Origin: Christensenella sp.
GTDB taxonomy: Bacteria; Bacillota; Clostridia; Christensenellales; CAG-138
Assembly (NCBI GenBank): GCA_034927595.1
Contig: JAYFPQ010000017.1
Span: 100,544-164,543, forward strand
Direction of reading: 5' to 3'
DNA length: 64,000 nucleotides
The notes under the pieces are model-generated. The model searched no databases and had not been told where the DNA came from. It was given only the letters and a program-made list of their open reading frames with translations. Position numbers and translations under genes: made by a program. The stretch's first letter is position 1; each line of letters begins with the position of its first letter. Shown piece by piece: positions 26,174 through 35,735 of this stretch.

Positions 26174-27847
26174 ATGAAGACGTTGAAAACACTGCTGCGC
26201 ACCATTCTTCTTGTCGCGCTCCTGGTCGCCCTCGGAACGACGACGGCGCTGGCTGCAGACAACAACACGATTACGATTTCCTCGGAAACCAGCGGCCATA
26301 CCTACCAGGCCTATCAGGTCTTTGCGGGAACCTTCTCGTCAACGACCGGAAAGCTGACCAACATCACCTGGGGCAGCGGCGTGAACGGCGCGAACCTGCT
26401 GACCGCGATCAAGGCGGACGCTACCTACGGCACGAGCTTTGCGAGCTGCACCACCGCCGCGGATGTCGCGCAGGTGATCAGCACGAGCTATCCGGCGAGC
26501 ACGACGTTTGCCAACGCGCTGGCAAAGCTCGTTTCGGCGAACCTGACGACGACGCATACCGACTCCGGCGCGCCCAGCGGTTCGTATACCTATACGATTT
26601 CGAACCTGTCGGACGGCTACTACTTCGTCAACGAAGCATCGCTCGGCACCACGGCGGACAACGCGTATACGAAGTTCCTGCTGCAGGTTGTGGACAACGT
26701 AACCGTCAGCGCGAAGACCGACAAACCGGCCATTGCGCTCAAGGTGCTGGAAAACAACGACGGTACCTATAAAAACACCTGGAACGACGCCGCGGACTAC
26801 AGCATCGGAACCGCCGTGCCATACCGCATCGTGAGCATCGTGCCGGATATGACGTATTACGACACCTACTATTACCAGATGACGGACACGATTTCCTCCG
26901 GTTCCACGTTTAACGCAGGCAGTGTGAAGGTTTACTACGTCAACAGCGCGGGCGCGATGTATGACATTGAAACGAGCACGTCGACTGGCGCGGGCGGAAC
27001 GGAGCTGTCGAGTGGATACACCATTTCGCCGACGGCGGGCGGGTTTACCCTTACCTTCAACGATCTGTCCAACGTTTCCGGCGTTCCGGCTCTCGGCGGC
27101 GGCTATCTGGTTGTGGAATACACCGCAACGCTCAACAGCAACGCCAGCGTGCAGGTGCCCGCGACCCCCGGCAATGCTACGGAGGTCTACCTGACCTACA
27201 GCAACAACCCGAACAATGCGGACGGCAGCGGCACGGGCGTTACGCCCAAGGACGAGGTCGTCGTCTACACCTTCCGTCTGACGATCAATAAGGTGGACAG
27301 CAGCACGCCCGCCGTGCCGCTCACCGGCGCTACGTTTGCACTCTTTACGGATTTGACAAACGCAACCACCGCTGCGGCGGACCCGGCTACTGTAGCGAAC
27401 TTCGCGACTGCGCTGACGTTTACCGGCAGCGCGGGCAGCTACACACGCTCCACGAGCGGGGACTATATGCTCTCCGGCACCGCGGGCGGCGTATACACGA
27501 TTGACGGCCTCGATCAGGGCACGTATTACCTCGTCGAGATTTCGGCACCCGCCGGATACAATCGCCTGATCACACCCGTGAGCGTGGTCATCGACCCGAC
27601 CTATCACGACGGTTCGCAGAGCTCCGCCTATGTGGACGGCCACGTACCGGATGCAACGGGCGATCAGCTCATTACGGTAACCGCCAACGGCGGAACCGCG
27701 CTGGACGTCGTCAACCAGGCGGGCGCAACGCTGCCGGAAACGGGCGGCATGGGCACGAAGCTCTTCACAATCGGCGGCTTGAGCCTCATGCTGGTTGCGC
27801 TGGTCATCGTGCTGCTGCGGAAAAAGAACGCCGCGCGTAAAGACTAA
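26174..27847 (+). CDS. LPXTG-anchored major pilin (SpaA/SpaH-type, isopeptide-forming)
   Basis: 557 aa from ATG 26174 (the ORF is open from TTG 26120). Signal peptide MKTLKTLLRTILLVALLVALGTTTALA, N-terminal GHTYQAYQVFAG, E-box-like YYLVEISAPAGY, and sorting signal LPETGG + TM + RKKNAARKD. Confidence 0.85.
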   Translation: MKTLKTLLRTILLVALLVALGTTTALAADNNTITISSETSGHTYQAYQVFAGTFSSTTGKLTNITWGSGVNGANLLTAIKADATYGTSFASCTTAADVAQVISTSYPASTTFANALAKLVSANLTTTHTDSGAPSGSYTYTISNLSDGYYFVNEASLGTTADNAYTKFLLQVVDNVTVSAKTDKPAIALKVLENNDGTYKNTWNDAADYSIGTAVPYRIVSIVPDMTYYDTYYYQMTDTISSGSTFNAGSVKVYYVNSAGAMYDIETSTSTGAGGTELSSGYTISPTAGGFTLTFNDLSNVSGVPALGGGYLVVEYTATLNSNASVQVPATPGNATEVYLTYSNNPNNADGSGTGVTPKDEVVVYTFRLTINKVDSSTPAVPLTGATFALFTDLTNATTAAADPATVANFATALTFTGSAGSYTRSTSGDYMLSGTAGGVYTIDGLDQGTYYLVEISAPAGYNRLITPVSVVIDPTYHDGSQSSAYVDGHVPDATGDQLITVTANGGTALDVVNQAGATLPETGGMGTKLFTIGGLSLMLVALVIVLLRKKNAARKD

Positions 27848-27949
27848 CACGCGAAGGAACGAAGAAAACTTGCGGCAGGCGGACGGCTACACGCCCGCCC
27901 GACGCGCAGGTTCACGCGGCGGAGCGCATTTCTGCCGCGCGGGGAATCT

Positions 27950-28783
27950 ATGAAAAAGCTCTTGCCAAACCTCCTGCTCGCCGCCGTATTTCTGGCGGGA
28001 CTGACGCTGCTGCTGTATCCAACGATCAGCAACTACGTCAACGAGCGCCATCAAAGTCATGTCGTCTCTACCTACGAGTCGGACCTTGCCCAGCTCCCGC
28101 AGGAGGATTACGGGCCGATGTTGCAGGCCGCTGAGGCATACAACGTGGAACTGGCGAAGAATCCGGATCGGTTTTTGCAGACGGACGAGGACGACGCGAA
28201 GTATCAGGCGCAGCTGAATCCAACGCTGAACGGCATCATGGGGTTCGTTGAAATCGACGCAATTCGCGTGAAACTGCCGATTTATCACGGAACGGACGAG
28301 AGCGTGTTGCAGGTTGGCGTAGGGCACGTTGAGGGCACGTCGCTGCCGGTTGGCGGAACGGGCACACACAGCGCGATTTCCGGCCACCGGGGCTTGCCGT
28401 CGGCCATGTTGTTTACGGATTTGGACAAGCTCAAGGTTGGGGACACGTTTCGGATTCATACGCTGGATCGCGTGCTCACCTACCGGATCGATCAGATACT
28501 GGTCGTGGAACCGAGCGATCTAACGGCGCTGGAGATCGATCCCGCGCTGGATTACTGCACGCTGGTCACCTGCACGCCCTATGGCATCAACTCCCATCGG
28601 CTGATGCTGCGCGGCGTGCGAACACAGAACGCTTCGGAGCCGGCCGCCACGGTTCCGATCTCAACAGAGGAACCGGAGGCGTATGCGTCCACGGCGGCGC
28701 TGGTCGCGATTGGCGTACTGATCCTCGCGGCGATCCTGCTGACACGATCACTCATAAGAAGCAGGCAGGAGAACCGCTCGTAG
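27950..28783 (+). CDS. srtC: Class C (pilin-polymerising) sortase
   Basis: 277 aa with N- and C-terminal TM helices. LPIYHGTDESVLQ, ISGHRGLP and catalytic TLVTCTPYGINSHRLMLRG. Confidence 0.93.
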   Translation: MKKLLPNLLLAAVFLAGLTLLLYPTISNYVNERHQSHVVSTYESDLAQLPQEDYGPMLQAAEAYNVELAKNPDRFLQTDEDDAKYQAQLNPTLNGIMGFVEIDAIRVKLPIYHGTDESVLQVGVGHVEGTSLPVGGTGTHSAISGHRGLPSAMLFTDLDKLKVGDTFRIHTLDRVLTYRIDQILVVEPSDLTALEIDPALDYCTLVTCTPYGINSHRLMLRGVRTQNASEPAATVPISTEEPEAYASTAALVAIGVLILAAILLTRSLIRSRQENRS

Positions 28784-28858
28784 CCGGAGATCGGAAACAT
28801 AAGAACAAGCACGTGCCCAAAGGCATGGCGAAGATACTAAGGATAAAAGGAACAACAG

Positions 28859-29851
28859 TTGAACGAATTCTTGGCAAAACTGAATCGGAAACGAGGCCGA
28901 ATCGCCATTGCACTGGCGCTGTTCTGCTGCCTGCTCGTCGGTTTGCCGCAGACGTCGCTGGCGGCGGACCCGGTGGACACATCGCGTGTCTGTTCGCTGA
29001 CGCTGATTTGCCACTATGCGAGCGAACCGCTCAACGGCATGGGCGTTCAGCTCTATCGCGTTGCGGATGGCACCATTGGACAGACGCTTACGCTCAGCGG
29101 CGCGTTTGCCGCATCCGGCGTATCGCTCAACGGTCTCGACAGCGCGGGCTGGACGAGCGCGGCGGCTACGCTGGCGGGCTACGCGCAAACGAATTCCATT
29201 GCGGCGACACGAAGCGCAAAGACCGACGCAAACGGCGCGGCGGTGTTCGGGAGCCTGTCTCAGGGAGTTTATCTGGTCACAGGAACCTCGCTGACCATTG
29301 GACTGCACACCTACTATTTCGCTCCGTTTCTGGCCGCGCTGCCAAACCCGACGCAGACGGGCGGCTGGAACTACGACGTTACCGCCTACCTAAAGGTGAC
29401 GGACCCGACGGACACCAAATCGAAGCTATTTGATATCAACGTCATTTTGCAGTGGTCGGACGCGGGATTGACGGACCGGCGTCCCAAGACGGTTGGCATC
29501 GCGCTGTATCGAAACGGCACGCTCTACGAAACCTACACGCTGTCCGCCGCGGACAACTGGCGACATATCTGGGAGAATCTTGACCAGGCATACAGCTGGT
29601 CCGTCGTGCAAACAACGTCGCTGGACACCTACTCAGTATCCTACCAGAGCAGCGGAAACGTGCTGGTGATTACGGATGTGATTAAAACCGCGCGGACGCC
29701 AAGCACAACGACGCCTACCAGCGACGGCAACATTCCGCTGACTGGACTGCTCTGGTGGCCGGTGGATCTGCTTGCGATTTTCGGTTTGATTCTGTTCACG
29801 CTGGGCTGGCGCAAGCGCTTTGGCGGCAAGGGGAAGAGTCATGCGGCGTAA
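28859..29851 (+). CDS. Cell-wall-anchored minor/basal pilin candidate (CnaB-type domains) with variant IPLTG sorting signal
   Basis: 330 aa, TTG start. Signal peptide ..LPQTSLA. VILQWSDAGLTDRRPKTVGIALYRNG is a CnaB-like domain. C-terminus is IPLTG + LLWWPVDLLAIFGLILFTLGW + RKRFGGKGK. Confidence 0.7.
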   Translation: MNEFLAKLNRKRGRIAIALALFCCLLVGLPQTSLAADPVDTSRVCSLTLICHYASEPLNGMGVQLYRVADGTIGQTLTLSGAFAASGVSLNGLDSAGWTSAAATLAGYAQTNSIAATRSAKTDANGAAVFGSLSQGVYLVTGTSLTIGLHTYYFAPFLAALPNPTQTGGWNYDVTAYLKVTDPTDTKSKLFDINVILQWSDAGLTDRRPKTVGIALYRNGTLYETYTLSAADNWRHIWENLDQAYSWSVVQTTSLDTYSVSYQSSGNVLVITDVIKTARTPSTTTPTSDGNIPLTGLLWWPVDLLAIFGLILFTLGWRKRFGGKGKSHAA

Positions 29852-30512
29852 ACGAGGCGGACTGCTGATGGCCTGCGGGCTCATACTGCTGCTCTGCGCG
29901 GGCGGCTGGGGTGTTTACAACGTGCTGACCGACGAGGAAGGCGCTTTCTCCGAGCGGGCGGCAAGCGAGATACTGGAGATTGTACCAACACTGCCCTCAA
30001 CGGCAGAAGCATCTTCCGACTCGGAAACGAGCGTCGAATCCACCCAGAGCGTCGAGCAGACGCTGGTGATTCCAACCCCGCAGATGCAGACCGTGACCAT
30101 CGATGGATATACCTACATCGGGGTGATTCGCGTTCCGTCGATGAAGATAGAGTTATCCGTCATGAGCGAATGGAGCTATCATCTGCTCAAGCGCTCGCCC
30201 TGTCGCTTTTCGGGGTCCTATCTCGACGATACGCTCGTCATTGCCGGGCACAGCACGGCTCGCCACTTCGTGGCGCTGCGAAAAGCGAAGATTGGCGATC
30301 GAGTGGAGTTTGTCGACGTCATGGGAAACGTCATCCCGTACGAAGTGGTTCTGGTGGAGAAGATGTCCCCGCGTGAGCTGGATCGAATGGTGACGGGGGA
30401 CTGGGATCTGACGCTGTTTACCTGCGACGAAGGCGGTGGCCGCCGCGTGGCGGTTCGCTGCAATCGTGTGGAAACGCGGGAAAGCGTCGAGGTCAATACC
30501 GGAACCAACTAG
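29841..30512 (+). CDS. Second sortase (small, TLFTC active site; class B/D-like)
   Basis: 223 aa from ATG 29841, overlapping the upstream stop. TM anchor, IAGHSTARHF (His), DLTLFTCDEGG (Cys), RRVAVRC (Arg). Confidence 0.78.
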   Translation: MRRKRGGLLMACGLILLLCAGGWGVYNVLTDEEGAFSERAASEILEIVPTLPSTAEASSDSETSVESTQSVEQTLVIPTPQMQTVTIDGYTYIGVIRVPSMKIELSVMSEWSYHLLKRSPCRFSGSYLDDTLVIAGHSTARHFVALRKAKIGDRVEFVDVMGNVIPYEVVLVEKMSPRELDRMVTGDWDLTLFTCDEGGGRRVAVRCNRVETRESVEVNTGTN

Positions 30513-30539
30513 AATATGGTGGTGTGGGAGGGGAGCAAG

Positions 30540-30743
30540 ATGGATCGCGATCAAACGAGCAACCTGCGTCAGGCGAAGCAATTGCAGGTGGAGCGCCTCT
30601 ACCACAACGGCATGTCGATTGCGCAATGTTGCAAGACGGTTGGCATCTCCGTTCACACCTATTATAAATGGTGCTCGCGCGAGCATTTGCCCGAGCCGGA
30701 CGCTCTGGAGCAACCGGGTTGCCTGTTTGAAAGCAAACGCTGA
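30540..30743 (+). CDS. Small HTH protein resembling the N-terminal HTH of IS3-type OrfA transposase
   Basis: 67 aa from ATG 30540 behind GGGAGGGGAG. GMSIAQCCKTVGISVHTYYKWCS is an HTH. No adjacent catalytic transposase ORF. Confidence 0.4.
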   Translation: MDRDQTSNLRQAKQLQVERLYHNGMSIAQCCKTVGISVHTYYKWCSREHLPEPDALEQPGCLFESKR

Positions 30744-30899
30744 GCAACAGCGGGGTAACACGGCAAGCACCGCCTTTGGTTGAATCCGAGCGGGCGCAAT
30801 GCTATAATCTGTTTCAACAGGACTTTTTTATGCGTTCGAGCGCAGATCGCAAGAAACGGGCGAGGCATCGAAAGAGCACTCGACGGACGGACGGTTGAG

Positions 30900-32417
30900 A
30901 TGGATCAAGCAGAACCGGAACAGACGCATGTAACGAGCACCGCTGCCGCCGCGTCAATCGGAGAGGATCGGCTCAGCCGAGACGACCGAAGGATTCAGGC
31001 GTTTCTGCCGTTGCTTCTATGCCTGCCTTGCTTTCTGATTCAAATCAAACTGGACAACGACATCTGGTTTCTGCTCAACAGCGGACGGTACGTGCTGCAA
31101 TACGGAATTCCCTTTGCGGAACCGTTTACCATGCATCACCAAATGAGTTTTGTGATGCAGCAGTGGCTCAGCGGCGTGATTTTCTGGGGTATTTACTCCA
31201 AACTTGGCGCGGCGGGGCTGATTGCAACCGTGTTTCTGCTCTTTAGCGGAATTCTGTTTCTCGTGTATCGGCTCGCCTTGTATCTTTCGAGCGGAAACAA
31301 GGTTCCGGCCGTGTTGGCGGCGTTCTTCGCGGGACTGATGCTGACGCCCTACATGGTGACCCGCCCCATTCTGTTTACGCTGCTGATTCTCGCGCTGGAA
31401 CTCTACCTGCTGGAGCGGTTCATTGGCGAAGCCAAGGCCGCGTTTCTGCTCCCGTTGCCGGTGCTCTCCGCGCTTTTGATCAACCTGCACGCAGCCATGT
31501 GGCCGATTCAGTTCGTGCTGCTGTTGCCGTACGCAATCGATTCGTTCCGGTTTCGCTGCTGGAACATCGAAGGCCAGGGGTATGCGAAGCGGTTTCTGTT
31601 TCCGGCCATCGCGCTGATGCTCGTTGCTGGGTTTGCAAACCCCTATGGCGTTCGGGCGATGACGTATCTCTTTCGCTCCTATGGGTATGCGGAGATCAAC
31701 CAGGTAAGCGAGATGAAACCCGCCAACATCAATACCGCGCTGGGGATTCTCATCTTTGGCGCGTTTCTGCTTGTTGGAGCGGTGTATCTGCTCCGGCGGA
31801 AAGGTAAAACGAGGCTTCGCTATGCGCTGCTGACCCTCGGAACCGCGGTGCTTGCACTGTCCTCCGTGCGTAGTTTTCCGCTCTTTGCCCTCTGCGGGGC
31901 ATTCCCGCTGGCGTATTGGCTAAGCGATCTGCAACTGCCGCAGCCAAAGAGGACGATGACGAAGGGAACGCGAACGCTCCGCGTTGGGCTAAGCGTGCTT
32001 GTGCTTCTCGGATGTTTTGCGTTGGGTTGGCAGGAGATTCGAACATCGTCGGGCAACGCCACGGAACCACCGGTTGCCGGCGCGGTACAGTACCTGCTTG
32101 AGCAGGGCGCGCCCGAGCAGGTGGTGCTCTATACGGGCTACAATGACGGCGGCTATGCGGAGTTCATGGGATTTCATCCTTACTTGGATCCGCGCGCCGA
32201 AGTGTTTGTGGAACAAAACAACCAGCGACGTGATATTATGAGTGAGTATTTCGCGTTACAGACAGGAAAGCTTTACTACAAAGACGTGCTGAACCGCTAC
32301 GGGTTCACCCACCTGATTGTTCCGGAAAGCGACATTCTGCACGCCTACCTGCCCAACGACGCCGACTACCGGCTGACGTATGACGACGGCGAGTACGCGG
32401 TTTACGAGCGGAAATAA
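30900..32417 (+). CDS. Polytopic membrane protein, GT-C-like glycosyltransferase candidate
   Basis: 505 aa from ATG 30900 (ORF open from 30780). More than 10 hydrophobic helices, acidic first-loop motif KLDNDIWF, and a soluble C-terminal domain. The family assignment is tentative. Confidence 0.45.
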   Translation: MDQAEPEQTHVTSTAAAASIGEDRLSRDDRRIQAFLPLLLCLPCFLIQIKLDNDIWFLLNSGRYVLQYGIPFAEPFTMHHQMSFVMQQWLSGVIFWGIYSKLGAAGLIATVFLLFSGILFLVYRLALYLSSGNKVPAVLAAFFAGLMLTPYMVTRPILFTLLILALELYLLERFIGEAKAAFLLPLPVLSALLINLHAAMWPIQFVLLLPYAIDSFRFRCWNIEGQGYAKRFLFPAIALMLVAGFANPYGVRAMTYLFRSYGYAEINQVSEMKPANINTALGILIFGAFLLVGAVYLLRRKGKTRLRYALLTLGTAVLALSSVRSFPLFALCGAFPLAYWLSDLQLPQPKRTMTKGTRTLRVGLSVLVLLGCFALGWQEIRTSSGNATEPPVAGAVQYLLEQGAPEQVVLYTGYNDGGYAEFMGFHPYLDPRAEVFVEQNNQRRDIMSEYFALQTGKLYYKDVLNRYGFTHLIVPESDILHAYLPNDADYRLTYDDGEYAVYERK

Positions 32418-32503
32418 GCGGCTCTCAACAGAAGCGTCTGGAGATTAAAATCCGGATGCGCGGCGCAGGCTGAGGCAGATTGGGCGGAAGGAGGGCGGCA
32501 CAC

Positions 32504-33073
32504 ATGGCGTTGTTTCACAAACGCGAGGCTCAGGATTGGGCGGAAGAGCCGGATCGCTCCGATGCGGTATTGGCGCACACAAAGCGGCGCTGGCTCTATG
32601 GATCGCTGCTCGGAATCGTTCTCGCGCTGCTCGCCCTTTGCGTGGTGCTACTGAACACGCGGCAATATGTTGTTGCCGGCACGTCGATGGAACCAACTCT
32701 GATGGCGGGCGACGTCGTTCGTTATATCGGGTTTGCGCCGGTGCATGCCGGAGATGTAATCATTTTTGACGCGGGGGATGTCTACGGGCTCGTCGTCAAG
32801 CGCGTGGTCGGTCTGCCGGGGGACACGGTTGAGATCACGGTGGACGGGCACCTGTTGCTCAACGGCACCTTGCAGGACGAGACCAACCGCCTCTTCGATC
32901 CGTTGGAAAACAGCGGAATAGGCGAAATCACCGTGGAACCGGGCACGTTGTTTGTGCTTGGCGACAACCGCGCGAATTCCATTGACAGTCGGGATGCCCG
33001 CATTGGCCTGATTCCGCGGGAGAGCGTTCGCGGGGTGGTGACGCAGGTCACCCGTGCGCCCGCCGCAAAATAG
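32504..33073 (+). CDS. lepB: Signal peptidase I
   Basis: 189 aa from ATG 32504 behind GGAAGGAGGG. Catalytic Ser box GTSMEPTL, Lys box VVKRVVGLPGD, GDNRANSIDSR. Confidence 0.92.
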   Translation: MALFHKREAQDWAEEPDRSDAVLAHTKRRWLYGSLLGIVLALLALCVVLLNTRQYVVAGTSMEPTLMAGDVVRYIGFAPVHAGDVIIFDAGDVYGLVVKRVVGLPGDTVEITVDGHLLLNGTLQDETNRLFDPLENSGIGEITVEPGTLFVLGDNRANSIDSRDARIGLIPRESVRGVVTQVTRAPAAK

Positions 33074-33152
33074 ATCGATTTTGTACAGCAACAATCCGCA
33101 GTACGGCTCGCAAACAGGCGAACAGCGGTATGACACAGAGGGATTTGGATTC

Positions 33153-35132
33153 ATGCGCCATAGGAGAACCAGCGTAAAGTTCATTTTGCTATCCGTTCTG
33201 TTCGCGGCAATGCTGGCGGCTCTGCTGGGTTGCGCCAAACAGACGGTCAGCGCGCTGGACTATACGCTGGAAAACGAGCTCTACACAGGCGATCAACCGC
33301 CGGAAGAGGCGTTGGAACCCACGGCGGAGACGACCGAGAGCGCTGCGCCGGAAGCGGAGGCAACGCCAAGCCCGGACAGTGCGGTGGTTTCGAATTCCCC
33401 AATTCCGGCAGAAACGGAGCCGACACAGCCGCCGGAGGAATCCGGCGAACTACAGACCACGCCGGAGCCGGAGACGCACCGGTATCTTGTTTTGGTGCAG
33501 GACGAAAGCAAAGCGCCACTTTCTGGCGCGCGCGTTTCCGTGTATCAGGATGGCGCGCTGCTCTACAGCGCATTGACCGCCGCCGACGGCACCGCCTCCT
33601 GGCGGGTTGTGGCGGAGCACGCCTATTACGCAAAGGTCACGCGAGACGGCTATCTGTCGAGCGGAGCCGTTGGCGAGCAGGACAGCCTGAATCAGGATGT
33701 CTCCGTCGCCGTCACACTTACTATAGATGAGCAAAGCGCGAGCGGAGACGCCGAGGTGACGCCGCTGCCCGTTCCGGAAGGCGCGGAGGGAACGATTACC
33801 ATTACGGCGGAGGACGTCGAAGTTCCGGTCAATCAGGAGTCGTTTACGCTGCTGGACGGCGTGAGCGCGAAGACGGAGCAGGACGAGATCGTCTCCGTTT
33901 GGGTGGTGGACGATGGCGGATTCCGAATTGACGCGCCGGGCGAATACACCGTTACCTACGGCGTGCTGCAAAACGGCGCGCTCAAGAGCGCAAAACGAAC
34001 CGTAACCGTGACCGGGGACGCGGAACAGACCGTCGAAACCACCGTACTCCCAGAAGCGCCATCGGGCGAAAGCCGGCAACGTTACGAGATATTCCTGGCT
34101 TACCGCAGCGCGGTTGGGGACGCGTTGAGCGCGCGGATTCAGTCGCTCACGGCGGAGTATCAAAAAAAGGTGACGCAGGCCGTTTCCGGCAACGGCGAAG
34201 CGCGAATTCTCGCACAGACCGTGTCCGAAAACGACACGGACGCGGTGGCGACAACCGCAAAGAACGTGCAACAGACCACCGAGGCGGCAATCACCAACTG
34301 GCCGGACGTTCTGGCGACCTTCCTCGCCGCGAACGTGCCAAACGAGGAAACCCCGCTGGACATCGACGCGCTGGTTACGATTCCGCTGGAGAAGCTGGAC
34401 GACGTGTTCTGGGACATGAACGCGATCGAGGTCTACCGGATCGACGGGCAACCGAGCGTTTTGCTCACGACGAAGACCTACGAGGATATGACGAAGGCCT
34501 ACGGCCTCGACGAGGCGCGCGAGAATTTCCTCTACGAACTGATGCAGCCGGAGTTTCAACGAACCTTCGCTTCCCTGACGGGCAGCATGGCCTTCTCGGT
34601 TGCTGCGCAGGAGGACGTGGATCAGCTGCTCGACACCCTGCCGGAGGATATGAACGTAGACCGCAGGCAGGTGGTTAAGACCGCGCTCTCGCTCGTGGGC
34701 AAAATCAACTATGTCTGGGGCGGAAAATACAACCGTCTCGGCTGGAATTATGGCTGGGCGGCACCGGACACGGAGGACGCCCCCGCTTCTACGGCAAAAC
34801 CCACCGGCGGATTGGATTGCAGCGGGTTTGTCAGCTGGGTGTTCATCAACGCAATCGGCGATCCCGCGGCGCTCAGCGCAATTGGCAACGGCTCGAGCAA
34901 CCAGTGGGCGCACTCCAGCGCCATCGGTTGGGACGAGGGAAAGCCCGGCGATCTGGTGTTCTATCACCCGCCGGGAACGCGGGACTATAACCACGTTGGC
35001 ATCATTGTTTCGGCGGACAGCGACGGGAGCTACCTCGTCGCGCACTGCTCCGCCAATCAGGACGGCGTTGTCGTGACCGACGCCTGGAGCTTTGGATTCC
35101 GCTATTTACGCAGGCCGGTGTTCTTTCGCTAG
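33153..35132 (+). CDS. Lipoprotein with Ig-like domains and C-terminal NlpC/P60 (C40) peptidoglycan hydrolase domain
   Basis: 659 aa from ATG 33153. Lipobox ALLGC. Pro/Glu/Thr-rich linker. Ig-like segment ITITAEDVEVPVN..GEYTVTYGV. C-terminus GLDCSGFVSWVF (catalytic Cys) ..GDLVFY..NHVGIIV (His). Confidence 0.85.
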   Translation: MRHRRTSVKFILLSVLFAAMLAALLGCAKQTVSALDYTLENELYTGDQPPEEALEPTAETTESAAPEAEATPSPDSAVVSNSPIPAETEPTQPPEESGELQTTPEPETHRYLVLVQDESKAPLSGARVSVYQDGALLYSALTAADGTASWRVVAEHAYYAKVTRDGYLSSGAVGEQDSLNQDVSVAVTLTIDEQSASGDAEVTPLPVPEGAEGTITITAEDVEVPVNQESFTLLDGVSAKTEQDEIVSVWVVDDGGFRIDAPGEYTVTYGVLQNGALKSAKRTVTVTGDAEQTVETTVLPEAPSGESRQRYEIFLAYRSAVGDALSARIQSLTAEYQKKVTQAVSGNGEARILAQTVSENDTDAVATTAKNVQQTTEAAITNWPDVLATFLAANVPNEETPLDIDALVTIPLEKLDDVFWDMNAIEVYRIDGQPSVLLTTKTYEDMTKAYGLDEARENFLYELMQPEFQRTFASLTGSMAFSVAAQEDVDQLLDTLPEDMNVDRRQVVKTALSLVGKINYVWGGKYNRLGWNYGWAAPDTEDAPASTAKPTGGLDCSGFVSWVFINAIGDPAALSAIGNGSSNQWAHSSAIGWDEGKPGDLVFYHPPGTRDYNHVGIIVSADSDGSYLVAHCSANQDGVVVTDAWSFGFRYLRRPVFFR

Positions 35133-35321
35133 ATGACCCAACTGTTCGAATATGGAAACGACCCGCCGCGCTTACGCGCGAGGGGGTGCTTAAGTGCGCC
35201 GCAATTGGACTTTCAAAAAGAAAGAGCGCAATATTTGCTGAGCAGAGGATAAAAGTTGAGCGGAAGCGCTTATATACAGCGTTCTGAAATGAATATACAC
35301 GATTGAGGACTGTATGGTTAC

Positions 35322-35350
35322 TTGACAAACGCATATATATTTGCTATGTT
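35322..35350 (+). promoter_or_regulatory. Putative sigma-A promoter of the Tad operon leader
   Basis: TTGACA (35322-35327), 17-nt spacer, TATGTT (35345-35350), within an AT-rich island. Confidence 0.45.
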
Positions 35351-35735
35351 GTTAACTGTGCAAATTGGAATGGAATGCGTACACATTTGCAATTCTGTTC
35401 AAAACAAATGCATAACCAATGTTAAAAGTTTATGAATTCTCTCGTTTTGTTAAGCATTTTGATTTCGTTTCGAGTAATATGAAAAAGGACACTCCCGCCT
35501 CGTCAAATTCGCCTTTTTGAAGGGTGGCGCAGGAGGCCTTCAACTTAATTTATTTTGCGAGTTAAGTTCGGCAGCAACCCGATCAATATGCAAGAATCCG
35601 GCTCCGGACATTCGTTGCACAGGCAGACTGGATTCCCCTGTTACGGTTTCTACCATAGCTTAGTTCGGCAGAGTGCCGCCGAATACATATTCAGAATACC
35701 CCTCGCACTTTGATATCGATATACGGTTGTTTTTC

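Noticed and set aside
30516-30743. IS element, suggested by the IS3-OrfA-like HTH.
   Set aside because: There is no DDE transposase ORF, no frameshift site and no terminal inverted repeats that I can see. At most it is a remnant or a domesticated small regulator, so it is not called a mobile element.
32504-33073. Signal peptidase homolog as a catalytically dead pilin chaperone (SipA/LepA-like).
   Set aside because: Both catalytic boxes are intact (Ser in GTSMEPTL, Lys in VVKRVVGLPGD), so it looks like an active type I signal peptidase. A chaperone role cannot be inferred.
35615-35700. Second c-di-GMP aptamer in tandem, suggested by the GCACAGGCAG motif at 35617 and by GCACAGG at 35844.
   Set aside because: Neither region contains the ACGCAAAGC junction or the two-hairpin arrangement. 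Only the short GCACAGG string is shared.
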